Shown: positions 1 through 9,387 of the stretch, piece after piece
Layout: each line of letters starts with the position of its first letter
Position numbering within the stretch: position 1 is the stretch's first letter
Source: an uncultured Eubacteriales bacterium
GTDB lineage: Bacteria > Acidobacteriota > Aminicenantia > Aminicenantales > UBA8522
DNA length: 64,000 nt
Assembly: GCA_964580435.1 (NCBI GenBank)
Contig: CAZOKP010000002.1
Span: 2,919-66,918, forward strand
Reading direction: 5' to 3'
Program-made: the position numbers and the translations under genes
Notes under the pieces: generated by a model
Seen by the model: only the letters and a program-made list of their open reading frames with translations
Databases searched by the model: none
Told to the model about the DNA's origin: nothing

Positions 1-14
1 TCTTCAGAGCCTGG

Positions 15-1157
15 ATGCCGGAAGTGACCCTGGATGTCCACGAAAGAGGCGACAATTATTACCGAGTTGCCCTGGGCTGTGTTTCCAACGTCAATATCCA
101 TCCCCGGCTTCAGGAGTTTTCGCGCCAGAGGGTCCTTGCCGAGGTGGAAAAGAACCTCGCCAAGAGGCGGATCACCTTTCATGAATACCTCGTCACGGAT
201 GAGATCAAGAGCGATCCCACAGCCTTAATCGGCTATCGGAAGGAGGATTTAGCCGGGGTTGAGGAGACGAAGCGTTTCAGCACCACTGACCTCAATGACT
301 GCCGCAACTCCCTCGGCATTTACGAGACGCTCTCTTTCATTCAGGAGGGCGCTTCCCGCCACGACCTTGAGACCCTCGAGCAAAGGACGGGCTGGCAATA
401 TCAAGGTATTCGCTCCTTCGTGGAGGCAGTCGGCCGTTATGGAGAAGAAATCGTTGGCCTGGTCAGGGACCTCCGTTCCCGTCTTCTCGAAAAAGCCAAG
501 ATTTTCTCTGCTGATGACCCGGTTCATCTATGGATGGTGTTTGTCCAGGATGAAAAAAATCCTATCCTTACGATAAAAGCCTTTGAGCAGGTGGAAAGCC
601 CTGTCGCGGGAATCCTGAAAGTGGACAAGAAAGCAGGGGAGGCTGTGTTGGACTCCGAGTTAGAGCCCAGCCCCTATCCTTCTAAGTATAAGGTCCTCAC
701 AGAAGTTATCAAAAACTGGTTTCCCGATGTCATTCCGACTTTGAATGTATCCCGGCCGGTGGGATACCTCATCCCGGGAAAGGACCGGGACGTGATTGAA
801 AACCTGCTTGCGCATGGACTCGAAGTTGAGATATTCAGTGCGGACAAGGCTCTCGAAGTGGAAGCCTATACGGTAAGCGAGGTCATTCCCTCAAAATATG
901 ATTATCTTCCTCCGGAGAAAATCGAGGTCGAGAAAAAGATGCTCGGGATCGTGGCTAAAAAAGGGGATTATTTTGTTTCCTGCGGCCAGGCTGGAGCGAA
1001 CCTGATTCCCAATTTGCTCGAGCCTCAATCCCAGTACGGCCTGATCTGCTACCGGTTGTTCAAGCTTGGCCCGGATAAAGGAGACAACTTCGCTTTTTAT
1101 CGGATTCTTAAGCCCGAGGGTCTTCCGCTCGTCCCGTACCAGCCGTGGAAAAGGTAG
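15..1157 (+). CDS. Hypothetical protein, probably 5-prime truncated (reading frame stays open back to the window start); no recognisable catalytic motif
   Basis: Long ORF with no stop between nt 3 and 1157, converging on the MBL gene. No family recognised by eye. Confidence 0.5.
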   Translation: MPEVTLDVHERGDNYYRVALGCVSNVNIHPRLQEFSRQRVLAEVEKNLAKRRITFHEYLVTDEIKSDPTALIGYRKEDLAGVEETKRFSTTDLNDCRNSLGIYETLSFIQEGASRHDLETLEQRTGWQYQGIRSFVEAVGRYGEEIVGLVRDLRSRLLEKAKIFSADDPVHLWMVFVQDEKNPILTIKAFEQVESPVAGILKVDKKAGEAVLDSELEPSPYPSKYKVLTEVIKNWFPDVIPTLNVSRPVGYLIPGKDRDVIENLLAHGLEVEIFSADKALEVEAYTVSEVIPSKYDYLPPEKIEVEKKMLGIVAKKGDYFVSCGQAGANLIPNLLEPQSQYGLICYRLFKLGPDKGDNFAFYRILKPEGLPLVPYQPWKR

Positions 1158-1163
1158 CCCCCC

Positions 1164-2081
1164 TTATTTTTTCTCGGTCACCTCGAGGTAGACGACCTCG
1201 GGAAGGCTTAGGAAGCGAGGCCGTCCGGGCTGAGCGGGCCGGTCCTCGATATTATAGATTGTCTTTATTTCTTCCAGGGTTTTGCCTTCGCCGATCAGGG
1301 CCTTGATCTTGGCCTGCTCTTCTTCGATCAACTTGATTTCCGCTTTGATGTCGGCGCGCGTGGCTTTCTCGGCGTGGCCGGAAAGGAAGATTTCGGCGTC
1401 GAGCTCAAGCACAGCCCGGAGCACCTTGACAAGCCCGAAGGAACTTCCATTCTTGTGCCGATGGATGAGAGGGTCACGCCCGACAAAGAGCAAATCCCCG
1501 AGAACGGCCACTTTCTCTTCCGGGAAATAGATGACGGCGTCGCCGCTCGTATGGGCCGGCCCGAAGTAAAGTAGCTCGACAACATGTTCGCCGAAATAAA
1601 GGTCGAGCCTCACGGAAAAAGTGATCTGGGGGAGATAGGCCTTTTGTTCCTCCTCTTTGAAGGCCTCCATCATGTATCTTCGCGTCTCCTCCTGAGAGAT
1701 AACCTTCGTCCCTGCGGGGAAGCCGGGAAGGCCGTTGACGTGGTCGCCGTCGCTGTGGGTCAAGGCGACGTATCCAACCGGAGCAGGGGATAATTTCTTG
1801 ACCTGCTCGAGCAGTTGTCCGGCCGACTCCTCGTTCATCTTGGCATCGATGAACAAAATTTCTTTTTCGCCGATATAGACGACGGCGTTCGCTCCGCTTC
1901 CTCCTTTGACCTGATAGATATCCGCGGTTATTTTTTCAAGCGAGACGGGCGCAGGCTGCTGCTGATATTGGGCTGGCTGAGCCTGCGTCTGCTGAGTTTG
2001 TGCTGCCTGTGCGCCGGCAAAGGAAAAGAGGCTGAGAATAGAGACGAAAACAGAAACATGAAAGCAAGGTTGTTTTTTCAT
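1164..2081 (-). CDS. Secreted MBL-fold metallo-hydrolase (signal peptide, Gln-rich linker, HxHxDH zinc motif THSDGDHVNG)
   Basis: N-terminal hydrophobic signal MKKQPCFHVSVFVSILSLFSFAGAQA. Metallo-beta-lactamase HxHxDH motif is present. GGAGG Shine-Dalgarno sits upstream of the ATG at 2081. Confidence 0.8.
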   Translation of the reverse strand: MKKQPCFHVSVFVSILSLFSFAGAQAAQTQQTQAQPAQYQQQPAPVSLEKITADIYQVKGGSGANAVVYIGEKEILFIDAKMNEESAGQLLEQVKKLSPAPVGYVALTHSDGDHVNGLPGFPAGTKVISQEETRRYMMEAFKEEEQKAYLPQITFSVRLDLYFGEHVVELLYFGPAHTSGDAVIYFPEEKVAVLGDLLFVGRDPLIHRHKNGSSFGLVKVLRAVLELDAEIFLSGHAEKATRADIKAEIKLIEEEQAKIKALIGEGKTLEEIKTIYNIEDRPAQPGRPRFLSLPEVVYLEVTEKK

Positions 2082-2122
2082 CGGTCCTCCAAATAAACTG
2101 ATGCTGTTATGGTCATTACAGG

Positions 2123-2812
2123 TTATATCCTCAGATGAATCTTGAGCCGGTCTCCCAGAGCAAAATTCACGGCCACTCTCATCATCATCCCGAGGGAGAG
2201 GGGAGCGGTCACCACTTCGGCCTTTCCTCCCTTTATGGCTGCGATGATCGAAGGAATATTCTTTTCCGCTTCAACCAGGGTGTAAGTGAACCCGACCTGC
2301 CAGATGTTGTGGCAATCGGAGGAGCCGACGAGAGGCTTGTCATGCTCGCGAGCGACCTTGACCGCCCTTTTGTTGCGGTTGATCAAGCGGCTGTAGAAGA
2401 ATGAGAATTCGATGGCGTCGAACGAGGAAATATGCTCTTCGAGTTTTGACCACAAGCACTTGAACCCGGGATAGAAGGGATGGGGGGCGATGATGAGGTT
2501 GAGGTCGGTTTTTATCCTGGCCAGGTCCTCGAGCTCCCTGATTTCGGGAAGGCTGTCAAGAGCGGGGTTGATGATGACCACATGCTTGTGGGAGAGCGTG
2601 AGCTCGACCCCCGGCAAGAGAAGGATTCCGCGTTCCTCGGCGTACCTTTTGAGCTCCGGGCTGAAAGTGACGACATTATGGTTTGTAATGGCAAGGGCAT
2701 CTAATTCCAGGCTGCGAGCCTTATCGATGAGCTCCATCGAGCTGAACCCGATGTAGTCCTGGGGGTCGTCGGCCGTGTGAGTATGGAAATCGACCCTGAG
2801 TTTCTTGGCCAT
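2123..2812 (-). CDS. PHP-domain (polymerase/histidinol-phosphatase-like) metal-dependent phosphoesterase
   Basis: Sequence VDFHTHTADDP...ALAITNHN matches the first PHP His motif. I took the internal ATG at 2812 (MAKKLRV) because the longer ORF to 2965 would overlap the sucD C-terminus. Confidence 0.75.
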   Translation of the reverse strand: MAKKLRVDFHTHTADDPQDYIGFSSMELIDKARSLELDALAITNHNVVTFSPELKRYAEERGILLLPGVELTLSHKHVVIINPALDSLPEIRELEDLARIKTDLNLIIAPHPFYPGFKCLWSKLEEHISSFDAIEFSFFYSRLINRNKRAVKVAREHDKPLVGSSDCHNIWQVGFTYTLVEAEKNIPSIIAAIKGGKAEVVTAPLSLGMMMRVAVNFALGDRLKIHLRI

Positions 2813-2828
2813 CAGCAAGGGGGCCTTT

Positions 2829-3704
2829 TTAGGCTTGAGCCAACGCTTCTTTGACCTTGAGGCCGATCTCCGCCGGGCTTTTGGCCACGAAGACTCCGGC
2901 CGCTTCGAGCGCTTCCATCTTTTCCCTGGCCGTTCCTTTTCCGCCCGAGATGATGGCCCCGGCATGCCCCATGCGCCTTCCCGGAGGAGCGGTCTGGCCG
3001 GCGATGAAGCTCACCACGGGTTTGGGGAACTCTTTTCTAATGTATTCCGCGGCTTCCTCTTCGGCCGTGCCGCCGATCTCTCCGATGAGGATGACGGCCT
3101 CTGTCCCCTTGTCCTTTTTGAACAGCTTGAGCAGGTCAATGTACTTGAGGCCGACGATCGGATCGCCGCCGATGCCGATGGCGGTGGACTGGCCGAAGCC
3201 GACTTTGCTCACCTGCTGGACGGCTTCATAGGTCAGGGTCCCCGAGCGGGAAATGATCCCGATCGTCCCCGGCGTATGGATATGGCCCGGCATGATTCCA
3301 ATCTTGCACCTGCCGGGCGAGATGATTCCCGGGGTGTTGGGCCCGATAAGCGAAACAGGTTTGTCTTTGAGGTAGGCTTTGACTTTGATCATATCAAAGG
3401 TCGGGATGCCCTCGGTGATGCAGACGATGACGCTCACGCCGGCGTCTGCAGCCTCCATGATCGCATCGGCCGCAAAAAATGGCGGAACAAAGATAGCTGC
3501 GGCGTTGGCGCCGGCCTTTTCGACGGCTTCCGCCACCGTGTTGAAAATGGGGACTCCGAGATGGGTCGTGCCGCCTTTTCCCGGCGTCATTCCGGCCACG
3601 ACCTTGGTCCCGTATTCCTGCATCCGCTGCGTGTGGAAAGTCCCTTCTCCGCCCGTGATCCCTTGGACAACGACCCGCGTCTTTTTATCGACCAGGATGC
3701 TCAT
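2829..3704 (-). CDS. sucD: Succinyl-CoA synthetase alpha subunit
   Basis: [24 protein letters not shown] and the catalytic His region GHAGAI are present. A GGAGAAG ribosome-binding site precedes the start. Confidence 0.95.
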   Translation of the reverse strand: MSILVDKKTRVVVQGITGGEGTFHTQRMQEYGTKVVAGMTPGKGGTTHLGVPIFNTVAEAVEKAGANAAAIFVPPFFAADAIMEAADAGVSVIVCITEGIPTFDMIKVKAYLKDKPVSLIGPNTPGIISPGRCKIGIMPGHIHTPGTIGIISRSGTLTYEAVQQVSKVGFGQSTAIGIGGDPIVGLKYIDLLKLFKKDKGTEAVILIGEIGGTAEEEAAEYIRKEFPKPVVSFIAGQTAPPGRRMGHAGAIISGGKGTAREKMEALEAAGVFVAKSPAEIGLKVKEALAQA

Positions 3705-3721
3705 GGTCTTCTCCTTTTCCT

Positions 3722-4882
3722 CTACGCCTTCGCCAGGGCGACCACTTTTTCGGCCGCTTCCTTCATCGTCTGAGCGGAAGCGAAGGCCAGGCCCGATTCT
3801 TCCAAGATCTTTTTGCCCAGGTCGACGTTGGTGCCCTCGAGCCGGACGACGATCGGGATCTTGGTCCCGAGCTCTTTGGCCGCTTTGACGATCCCGCCGG
3901 CGATCATGTCGCAGCGGACGATCCCGCCGAAAATATTGATCAGCGCCGCTTTGACATCCTTATCAGCAACAAGGATCTTGAAGGCGTTGGTCACGGCTTC
4001 CTCCGTCACACCGCCGCCGACGTCCAGGAAGTTTGCCGGCATACCGCCGGAATATTTGATGATGTCCATGGTGGCCATGGCCAGTCCGGCGCCATTGACC
4101 ATGCAGCCGACATTCCCGTCGAGCTTGATGTAATTGAGGTTGTACTTGGAGGCTTCGACTTCGAGGGGTTCTTCCTCGTACAGGTCCCTCATGGCCTGGA
4201 TATCGGGATGTCGCGGCACCGCGTTGTCATCAAAATTCATCTTGGCATCGAGGGCGAGGACGTTGCCCTGCTTGGTGACGAGGAGAGGGTTGATCTCAGC
4301 GAGGGAGGCATCGCTGGCCTGGAAGGCCTTGTAGAGGCTGGTGATGAACTTGATCGCCTGCTTGTGGGTTTCGCCGCTCAGTCCGAGCTTGAAGGCGAGT
4401 TTTCTGGCCTGAAAGCTCTGGAATCCCGCGGACGGGTCCACCCATTCCTTGAAGATCAGCTCGGGATGTTCGGCGGCGACCTTCTCGATTTCGACTCCGC
4501 CCTCTGTGGATGCCATCACCACGGGCGACTCGTTGGCTCGGTCGATGACGATCCCGATGTAAAGCTCTTTGGCGATGTCCAGAGCCTCCTCGACGAGCAG
4601 CGTTTTGACTTTTTTCCCCTCGGGTCCGGTCTGATGAGTCACTAAGGTCATTCCGATCATCTGCTGGGACAGCCTTTCCGCCTCGTCGGGATTGGCGGCG
4701 AGCTTGATGCCTCCGCCCTTGCCCCGTCCACCCGCGTGAATCTGAGCCTTAAGGACGACGCGGGTGCCGATCCGCTCGGCGATTTCCCGGACTTTGGCCG
4801 GGGTTTCAGCCACATCGCCCCGGGGAATCTGGACGCCGTACTGGCTGAGGATTTTTTTGGCTTGATATTCGTGGATTTTCAC
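3722..4882 (-). CDS. sucC: Succinyl-CoA synthetase beta subunit (GTG start)
   Basis: [17 protein letters not shown] shows an ATP-grasp N-terminus. Start is GTG with a GGAGGT Shine-Dalgarno 7 nt upstream. Confidence 0.95.
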   Translation of the reverse strand: MKIHEYQAKKILSQYGVQIPRGDVAETPAKVREIAERIGTRVVLKAQIHAGGRGKGGGIKLAANPDEAERLSQQMIGMTLVTHQTGPEGKKVKTLLVEEALDIAKELYIGIVIDRANESPVVMASTEGGVEIEKVAAEHPELIFKEWVDPSAGFQSFQARKLAFKLGLSGETHKQAIKFITSLYKAFQASDASLAEINPLLVTKQGNVLALDAKMNFDDNAVPRHPDIQAMRDLYEEEPLEVEASKYNLNYIKLDGNVGCMVNGAGLAMATMDIIKYSGGMPANFLDVGGGVTEEAVTNAFKILVADKDVKAALINIFGGIVRCDMIAGGIVKAAKELGTKIPIVVRLEGTNVDLGKKILEESGLAFASAQTMKEAAEKVVALAKA

Positions 4883-4954
4883 TGCCTTTATACCTCCGTA
4901 ACATTTCTTTCCCCTTGGTTGTCCAAGAGGGCAGGGGGATCAATATTCCCGATC

Positions 4955-4992
4955 AAAAAAACCAAAAATGCCCTTGCGAGCGCAAGCGAAGC
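4955..4992 (-). terminator. Putative rho-independent terminator downstream of the fumarase-beta gene (GC hairpin cttgcg/cgcaag followed by a U-rich tract on the minus strand)
   Basis: Reverse complement reads cttcgcttgcgctcgcaagggcatttttggttttttt. It lies inside a 253-bp gap between the fumB-beta stop and the sucC start. Confidence 0.35.
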
Positions 4993-5135
4993 AATCTCAG
5001 TTTGGCCTTCCGGCTTTGGCTTGGAATGACTCTTTCAACTCAGATCGCCGCGCCTCCTGCAGAGGCTCGCGATGACAAAACTGCAAATATGGGAACGGTT
5101 CTCTCCATATAACCGTCCCCGCCAGTTCCGCTGCG

Positions 5136-5690
5136 CTACGCGACCCGGTATTTCTTTTTGCCTTCCTCGTAGAGGTCGCCGCCGTACATGTCGTTGATCA
5201 CGATGCAGGGGAAATCTTTGACTTTGAGCCTGATGACGGCCTCCGGTCCGAGTTCCGGATAGGCGACGACTTCCGAGCCCACGATGCTCTTGGAGATCAG
5301 GGCTCCTGCCCCGCCCACTGAGGCCAGGTACACGGCCTTGTGTTTCTTCAGAGCTTCTTTGACCTCCTTGCTCCTCGAGCCCTTGCCGATCGTGCCCTTG
5401 AGGCCGAGGGCATGGAGCGTTGGAGCATAGGAATCCATCCGATAGCTCGTTGTCGGGCCGGCCGAGCCGATGGGCTTTCCCGGCCGTGCGGGCGTCGGGC
5501 CGACGTAGTAAATAAATTGGCCCTTGACATCAACGGGCAGGTCTTTTCCTTCTTTGAGCAAGTCGATTAGCTTCTTATGGGCGGCGTCTCTTCCGGTGAG
5601 AACATAGCCGGTGATAAAGACCTTGTCCCCGGCGCGCAGTTTCGCGATCACCTCATCCGAGACCGGCGTTTGAATTCTGTGTTCTGCCAT
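5136..5690 (-). CDS. Class I fumarate hydratase / L(+)-tartrate dehydratase family Fe-S hydro-lyase, beta subunit (C-terminal domain protein)
   Basis: At 184 aa, with GYVLTGRDAAHKKL and SVGGAGAL motifs, it is typical of two-subunit class I fumarase beta chains. No alpha subunit gene is adjacent. Confidence 0.8.
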   Translation of the reverse strand: MAEHRIQTPVSDEVIAKLRAGDKVFITGYVLTGRDAAHKKLIDLLKEGKDLPVDVKGQFIYYVGPTPARPGKPIGSAGPTTSYRMDSYAPTLHALGLKGTIGKGSRSKEVKEALKKHKAVYLASVGGAGALISKSIVGSEVVAYPELGPEAVIRLKVKDFPCIVINDMYGGDLYEEGKKKYRVA

Positions 5691-5741
5691 TGTCCTAATC
5701 TTTTAGGGCGTTCGGCCGATTGCTCTGCTGGATCCAGGCTT

Positions 5742-6683
5742 TTACAGCTTGGTTTCTTCGGTGGTCTTCTTTACAGAAGCGATGGTCTTCTGGAGCAGCG
5801 CATTTTCTTCATCGGTGAGTTTGATCTCGTAGATCTTCTCCAGGCCCTTCGAGGTAATCAGGCAGGGCACTCCGATGAAGAGGCCGTGGATCCCGTATTC
5901 GCCTTCGCAGAGGGCCGCGCAGGCGATGATGCGGCGCTTATCCTTGAGATAGGACTCCGCCATGGTGGCGGCGCTCCAGGCCGGGCTGAAGAAGGCAGAG
6001 CCCTTGCCGAAGAGCTTGACGATCTCTGTGCCCGCTTCGCGCGTCCGGAGAGCCAGCTTGTCGATCTGCTCCTTGGTGGCAATCTCGGCCAGGGGCACAC
6101 CGCCGACGGTCGTCAACCTTGGCAGCGGCACCATATCCGGGCCGTGTCCGCCCAGGACTGTTCCCGCAACGTCAGCCACCGATACGCCAAGCTCCATGGC
6201 GATGAAGGCGCGCCAGCGAGCCGTATCCAGCGCTCCGGCCATACCGACGACCTGGTGTTTGGGGAAACCGGTCTGCTTGTAGAACGCGTAAACCATCGCA
6301 TCGAGGGGATTGGTCAGGATGATGCAGAAGGCTTTGGGCGCATACTGCTTGACACCGTTGGCGACCTCGGTGATGATTTTGAGGTTCACATTGAGCAAGT
6401 CCTCCCGGGTCATCCCGGCCTCGCGGGGCTTGCCCGCAGTAACAATGACCACATCGGCGCCCTCGATATCTTTGTAGTTCGAGGTGCCGCTGATGTTCGC
6501 ATCGTAGTCGCCGTGCGGCGCCATTTCCATCAGGTCGAGGGCCTTGCCCTTGACTGGATTTTCATAGGCGGCGATATCAAGGATAACGATATCTCCCAGT
6601 TCTTTCTGCGAGACGAGCATGGCCAGGATCTGGCCGATCTGGCCTCCACCGATGAGCGCTATCTTTTTTCTCCGATAACTCAT
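5742..6683 (-). CDS. mdh: Malate dehydrogenase (LDH-like MDH family)
   Basis: Rossmann motif KIALIGGGQIGQ and the LDH/MDH-family catalytic region are present. A strong GGAGGAGG ribosome-binding site precedes the start. The gene sits in TCA-cycle context. Confidence 0.9.
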   Translation of the reverse strand: MSYRRKKIALIGGGQIGQILAMLVSQKELGDIVILDIAAYENPVKGKALDLMEMAPHGDYDANISGTSNYKDIEGADVVIVTAGKPREAGMTREDLLNVNLKIITEVANGVKQYAPKAFCIILTNPLDAMVYAFYKQTGFPKHQVVGMAGALDTARWRAFIAMELGVSVADVAGTVLGGHGPDMVPLPRLTTVGGVPLAEIATKEQIDKLALRTREAGTEIVKLFGKGSAFFSPAWSAATMAESYLKDKRRIIACAALCEGEYGIHGLFIGVPCLITSKGLEKIYEIKLTDEENALLQKTIASVKKTTEETKL

Positions 6684-6820
6684 TAAGACCTCCTCCGTAT
6701 TTTATGTATAAAATTGCCCGGGAACGCTCAGAGCTCCCGCAATTTTATTGCGCGCGTTGGCTTAACCACCATAATTTCTTTGTCTTCTATAAACCTATTC
6801 GTCGGTCTTGGGAAATTCAG

Positions 6821-6849
6821 AATATATTTGAATTTACCCGGCGAGTCAA
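6821..6849 (-). promoter_or_regulatory. Candidate sigma70 promoter for mdh (-35 TTGACT, 17-nt spacer, -10 TATATT on the minus strand)
   Basis: Read from the reverse complement of the icd-mdh intergenic region. Nearby 6-3-6 palindrome cgcaat-ttt-attgcg at about 6740-6755. Confidence 0.3.
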
Positions 6850-6902
6850 GCAACATGTCATCGCGAGCTCAGCGCGGTCACCTTATGCACTTAGGGGAAT
6901 CG

Positions 6903-8102
6903 TCATGCCTTGATATAGCCCTCCCACTTGCTCTTGAGCTTCGGATCTTGGAGGGTCTCCAAGAGATAATCCGTGAAGGCCGTTCCGGTCGCGCCATTGG
7001 GACGGCCGGTGATGACGAGCTTCTTTTCATACTGGCCGCAGATGTCGAGCGCCATTTCTAAGTTCTTGCCTCTTTCCGGAAAACCGATGTGGTTGAACAT
7101 CATAGCCGCTGCGCGGATCATGCTGCAAGGGTCGGCATACTGGGCTCTACCTTCCTTCACCATGCGGGGAGCGGAGCCGTGGATCGCCTCGAACATTGCG
7201 TATTGTTTGCCAATGTTGGCGCTTCCGGCCGTGCCGACGCCGCCTTGAAACTCGGCGGCTTCGTCGGTAAGGATGTCGCCGTAGAGGTTGGGGAGGACCA
7301 TAACCTGGAACTCCCGCCGGCGCTTCTCGTCGACGAGCTTGGCGGTCATAATGTCGATATACCAGTCGTCAACCTGGATATCCGGGTATTCTTTGGCGAT
7401 GCGATAAAAATTCTCCAGGAAGCGGCCGTCTGTTGTCTTGACGACGTTGGCTTTGGTGATGCAGGTCACTCGCGTGCGGCCGTTCTTTTTGGCGTGCTCG
7501 AAGGCCAGTCGGCAGATGCGGTCGGCGCCCGGCGCGCTGATCAGGCGGAAGTCGATGGCAATGTCTTGATCGACCTCAATCCCATAGGGGCCGAGAGCGT
7601 ACAGATCCTCGGTGTTTTCTCGGAAAAAGATCCAGTTGATTCCCTGCTTGGGAACCCGGACCGGCCTAACGTTGGCGAAGAGATCCAGTTCTTTCCGCAT
7701 GGCCACATTGCAGCTCTCGATATTCGGCCAGGGGTCGCCCTTTCGAGGCGTGGTCGTGGGGCCTTTGAGGGTGACATGGTATTTTTTGATCTCGGCCAGC
7801 ACGTCATCCGGGATGGGCTTTCCGCAGGCGGCGCGGTTCTCTATGGTCAGGCCCTCGATGTCGTTGATGACAACCTTCCCTTGCTTGACCTCATTCCTGA
7901 GCATGAAATCGAGGACGCGTTTGGCGTCTTTGGCGATGAAGGGGCCGATGCCGTCCCCGCCTATAACGCCGATTTTGATTGGCTTGATTTTGCTGTAGTC
8001 GATCCAATCCGGCGCGGATTTGACCTTCTCCATCCGGTTCATCTGGGCTTCTAGAATCTTGCCGAAATGCTCTTTCGCCCTTTCAATGGCGGCACGATCC
8101 AT
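6903..8102 (-). CDS. icd: Isocitrate dehydrogenase (isocitrate/isopropylmalate dehydrogenase family)
   Basis: Sequences IGVIGGDGIGP and NLYGDILTDEAAEFQGGVGTAGSANIG match the beta-decarboxylating dehydrogenase fold. TCA-cycle context. GGGAGGA ribosome-binding site. Confidence 0.85.
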   Translation of the reverse strand: MDRAAIERAKEHFGKILEAQMNRMEKVKSAPDWIDYSKIKPIKIGVIGGDGIGPFIAKDAKRVLDFMLRNEVKQGKVVINDIEGLTIENRAACGKPIPDDVLAEIKKYHVTLKGPTTTPRKGDPWPNIESCNVAMRKELDLFANVRPVRVPKQGINWIFFRENTEDLYALGPYGIEVDQDIAIDFRLISAPGADRICRLAFEHAKKNGRTRVTCITKANVVKTTDGRFLENFYRIAKEYPDIQVDDWYIDIMTAKLVDEKRRREFQVMVLPNLYGDILTDEAAEFQGGVGTAGSANIGKQYAMFEAIHGSAPRMVKEGRAQYADPCSMIRAAAMMFNHIGFPERGKNLEMALDICGQYEKKLVITGRPNGATGTAFTDYLLETLQDPKLKSKWEGYIKA

Positions 8103-8208
8103 AATTATTCCTCCCTTGAATTTATAGTTTTATCATGAAAATGAAACCCAAATTCTATACTTTTGACCAACGAAAATCAATTAAATTTCCGACGTGTGTC
8201 CGTGTCAA

Positions 8209-8238
8209 CTTGATTAAATCGCCGGAAAACAGTATGAT
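8209..8238 (+). promoter_or_regulatory. Candidate promoter for hicBA (-35 TTGATT, 18-nt spacer, -10 TATGAT)
   Basis: Lies in the AT-rich divergent intergenic region between icd and hicB. A GAGGTGG Shine-Dalgarno precedes the hicB ATG. Confidence 0.3.
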
Positions 8239-8259
8239 CTCCATCAACGAGGTGGAAAA

Positions 8260-8472
8260 ATGCCAAGGTCCTTTACTTTAGAATACTGGCAGGATGAGGG
8301 TTGGTTTGTTGGAAGATTGAAAGAAGTCCCGGGCATTTTCAGCCAGGGAGAAACCCTTGAAGACCTGAAGGTCAATATCCTTGAAGCCTACCGTTTGATG
8401 ATTGACGAAGAAAAAAAAGTCCTGTCCGCCGTCGTCAAAAACAGAATCAAAGCCATTCAGGTCGAAGTATGA
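8260..8472 (+). CDS. hicB: Type II toxin-antitoxin system HicB-family antitoxin (short form, no DNA-binding domain)
   Basis: MPRSFTLEYWQDEGWFVGRLKEVPGIFSQGETLEDLKVNILEAYRLM matches the HicB/UPF0150 N-terminal domain. Its stop overlaps the hicA start (ATGA). Confidence 0.75.
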   Translation: MPRSFTLEYWQDEGWFVGRLKEVPGIFSQGETLEDLKVNILEAYRLMIDEEKKVLSAVVKNRIKAIQVEV

Positions 8473-8648
8473 AGAGAGAAACCTTTATCAAAGAGCTCCG
8501 TGAAGCCAAGCGCTATCTGAAGCGCCAGGGAACGAATCATGATATCTTTTTTAATCCGAAAACAAGCCGCAAAGCTGCTGTGCCTCATCACCCAGAAATC
8601 AAGAATACTTTGTGCGCTTTGATCAGGAAGCAGCTGGGATTGGGATAG
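8469..8648 (+). CDS. hicA: Type II toxin-antitoxin system HicA-family mRNA interferase toxin (59 aa, below the ORF-track cutoff)
   Basis: Manual translation gives MKRETFIKELREAKRYLKRQGTNHDIFFNPKTSRKAAVPHHPEIKNTLCALIRKQLGLG. This aligns with E. coli HicA (…GSNHLKLRFHGRRSVMPRHPCDEIKEPLRKAILKQLGL). Confidence 0.8.
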   Translation: MKRETFIKELREAKRYLKRQGTNHDIFFNPKTSRKAAVPHHPEIKNTLCALIRKQLGLG

Positions 8649-8710
8649 AATCGGCCTCCCCGGAGTGAGTTCTTAAGGCGGCGAATCCTCGCCCGATTAT
8701 AACTTGGGGG

Positions 8711-9355
8711 CTATTTTCGCAGCAGCTTGAAAGCGTGATTCCAGGTGCCGGAGCGGACCCCGTAAAGGATCCAGAGCATGGCCAAAGGTTCAAGCAGCCG
8801 CGCTCCCTCGATCCCGCCGATATCGATCACTGGCCAGCCGAAGTCAGAACAAATCTCGGTCACCTTTGCCTTCGCCGCTTTGTCATTTCCACAAATGAAC
8901 ATATCCGGCGGACCGCCCGGGAATTGGGGAGTGACCATATGAGCATTGCCGATCATATTGAATACTTTAATCACTCGCGCCTCGGGCAGCCAGCGTTGGA
9001 CTTGTTCGCCCGCCGAATCCGTGTGACCAAGGGCCAGAGCGGGCGGAGCATCCGGATAGAAAATGAGGGGATTGGTAGTATCCATGACTGTTTTGCCCGC
9101 AAGATTCTTGGGGTTGGCCAACCGGATCGCATTTTCTGTCCCACTCCAGAGAGTCGCCAATACGGCGAGCTCCGCAAAAGAGGCCGCCTCTTGGAATGTC
9201 CCGGCCGATGCGCGCGGCCCGTTCTTGGCCACCCAGGCCTTAATCTTTTCGCTATTGGGGTCGCGCGTGCCCATCTTGACGTCGTGACCGAGCGCGGCGA
9301 ATTCGCTCCCCAGCTTCTGCCCGACATCTCCACTTCCTAATATGCCTATCTTCAT
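8711..9355 (-). CDS. NADPH-dependent F420 reductase-like NAD(P)-binding oxidoreductase
   Basis: MKIGILGSGDVGQKLG Rossmann motif indicates the F420_oxidored/ProC-like family. I used the internal ATG at 9355 rather than the ORF-track start at 9451. Confidence 0.75.
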   Translation of the reverse strand: MKIGILGSGDVGQKLGSEFAALGHDVKMGTRDPNSEKIKAWVAKNGPRASAGTFQEAASFAELAVLATLWSGTENAIRLANPKNLAGKTVMDTTNPLIFYPDAPPALALGHTDSAGEQVQRWLPEARVIKVFNMIGNAHMVTPQFPGGPPDMFICGNDKAAKAKVTEICSDFGWPVIDIGGIEGARLLEPLAMLWILYGVRSGTWNHAFKLLRK

Positions 9356-9387
9356 TGTCACTCTCCGCTTGAACGATCGTTTTAAGA

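Noticed and set aside
2813-2965. N-terminal extension of the PHP-domain ORF (track start at 2965) and similar long-ORF starts. Examples: acnB 9508, F420-reductase-like 9451, exbD 30189, recN 47845, S8 peptidase 49460, OMP 50065, bamD 51260, ltaE 53267, lpdA 60147, sulfatase 63380.
   Set aside because: Extensions would overlap the upstream gene or consist of Arg/Pro-rich sequence with no ribosome-binding site. Internal ATG/GTG codons that carry good Shine-Dalgarno sequences and give family-typical N-termini were chosen instead.
2805-3773. Long antisense or alternative-frame ORFs in the track. Examples: 2805-3773(+), 5577-6686(+), 7089-8054(+), 9912-10724(-), 11065-12138(-), 16724-17443(+), 18108-18890(+), 20188-20799(-), 22893-23729(-), 32813-33535(-), 36693-37460(+), 38749-39654(+), 41762-42601(+), 46148-47125(+), 49172-49891(+), 55496-56239(+), 62733-63344(+).
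   Set aside because: Each lies wholly inside a confidently identified gene on the opposite strand or in another frame. Their translations are low-complexity and Arg/Gly/Pro-rich, as expected for shadow ORFs in ~60% GC DNA. They lack ribosome-binding sites.
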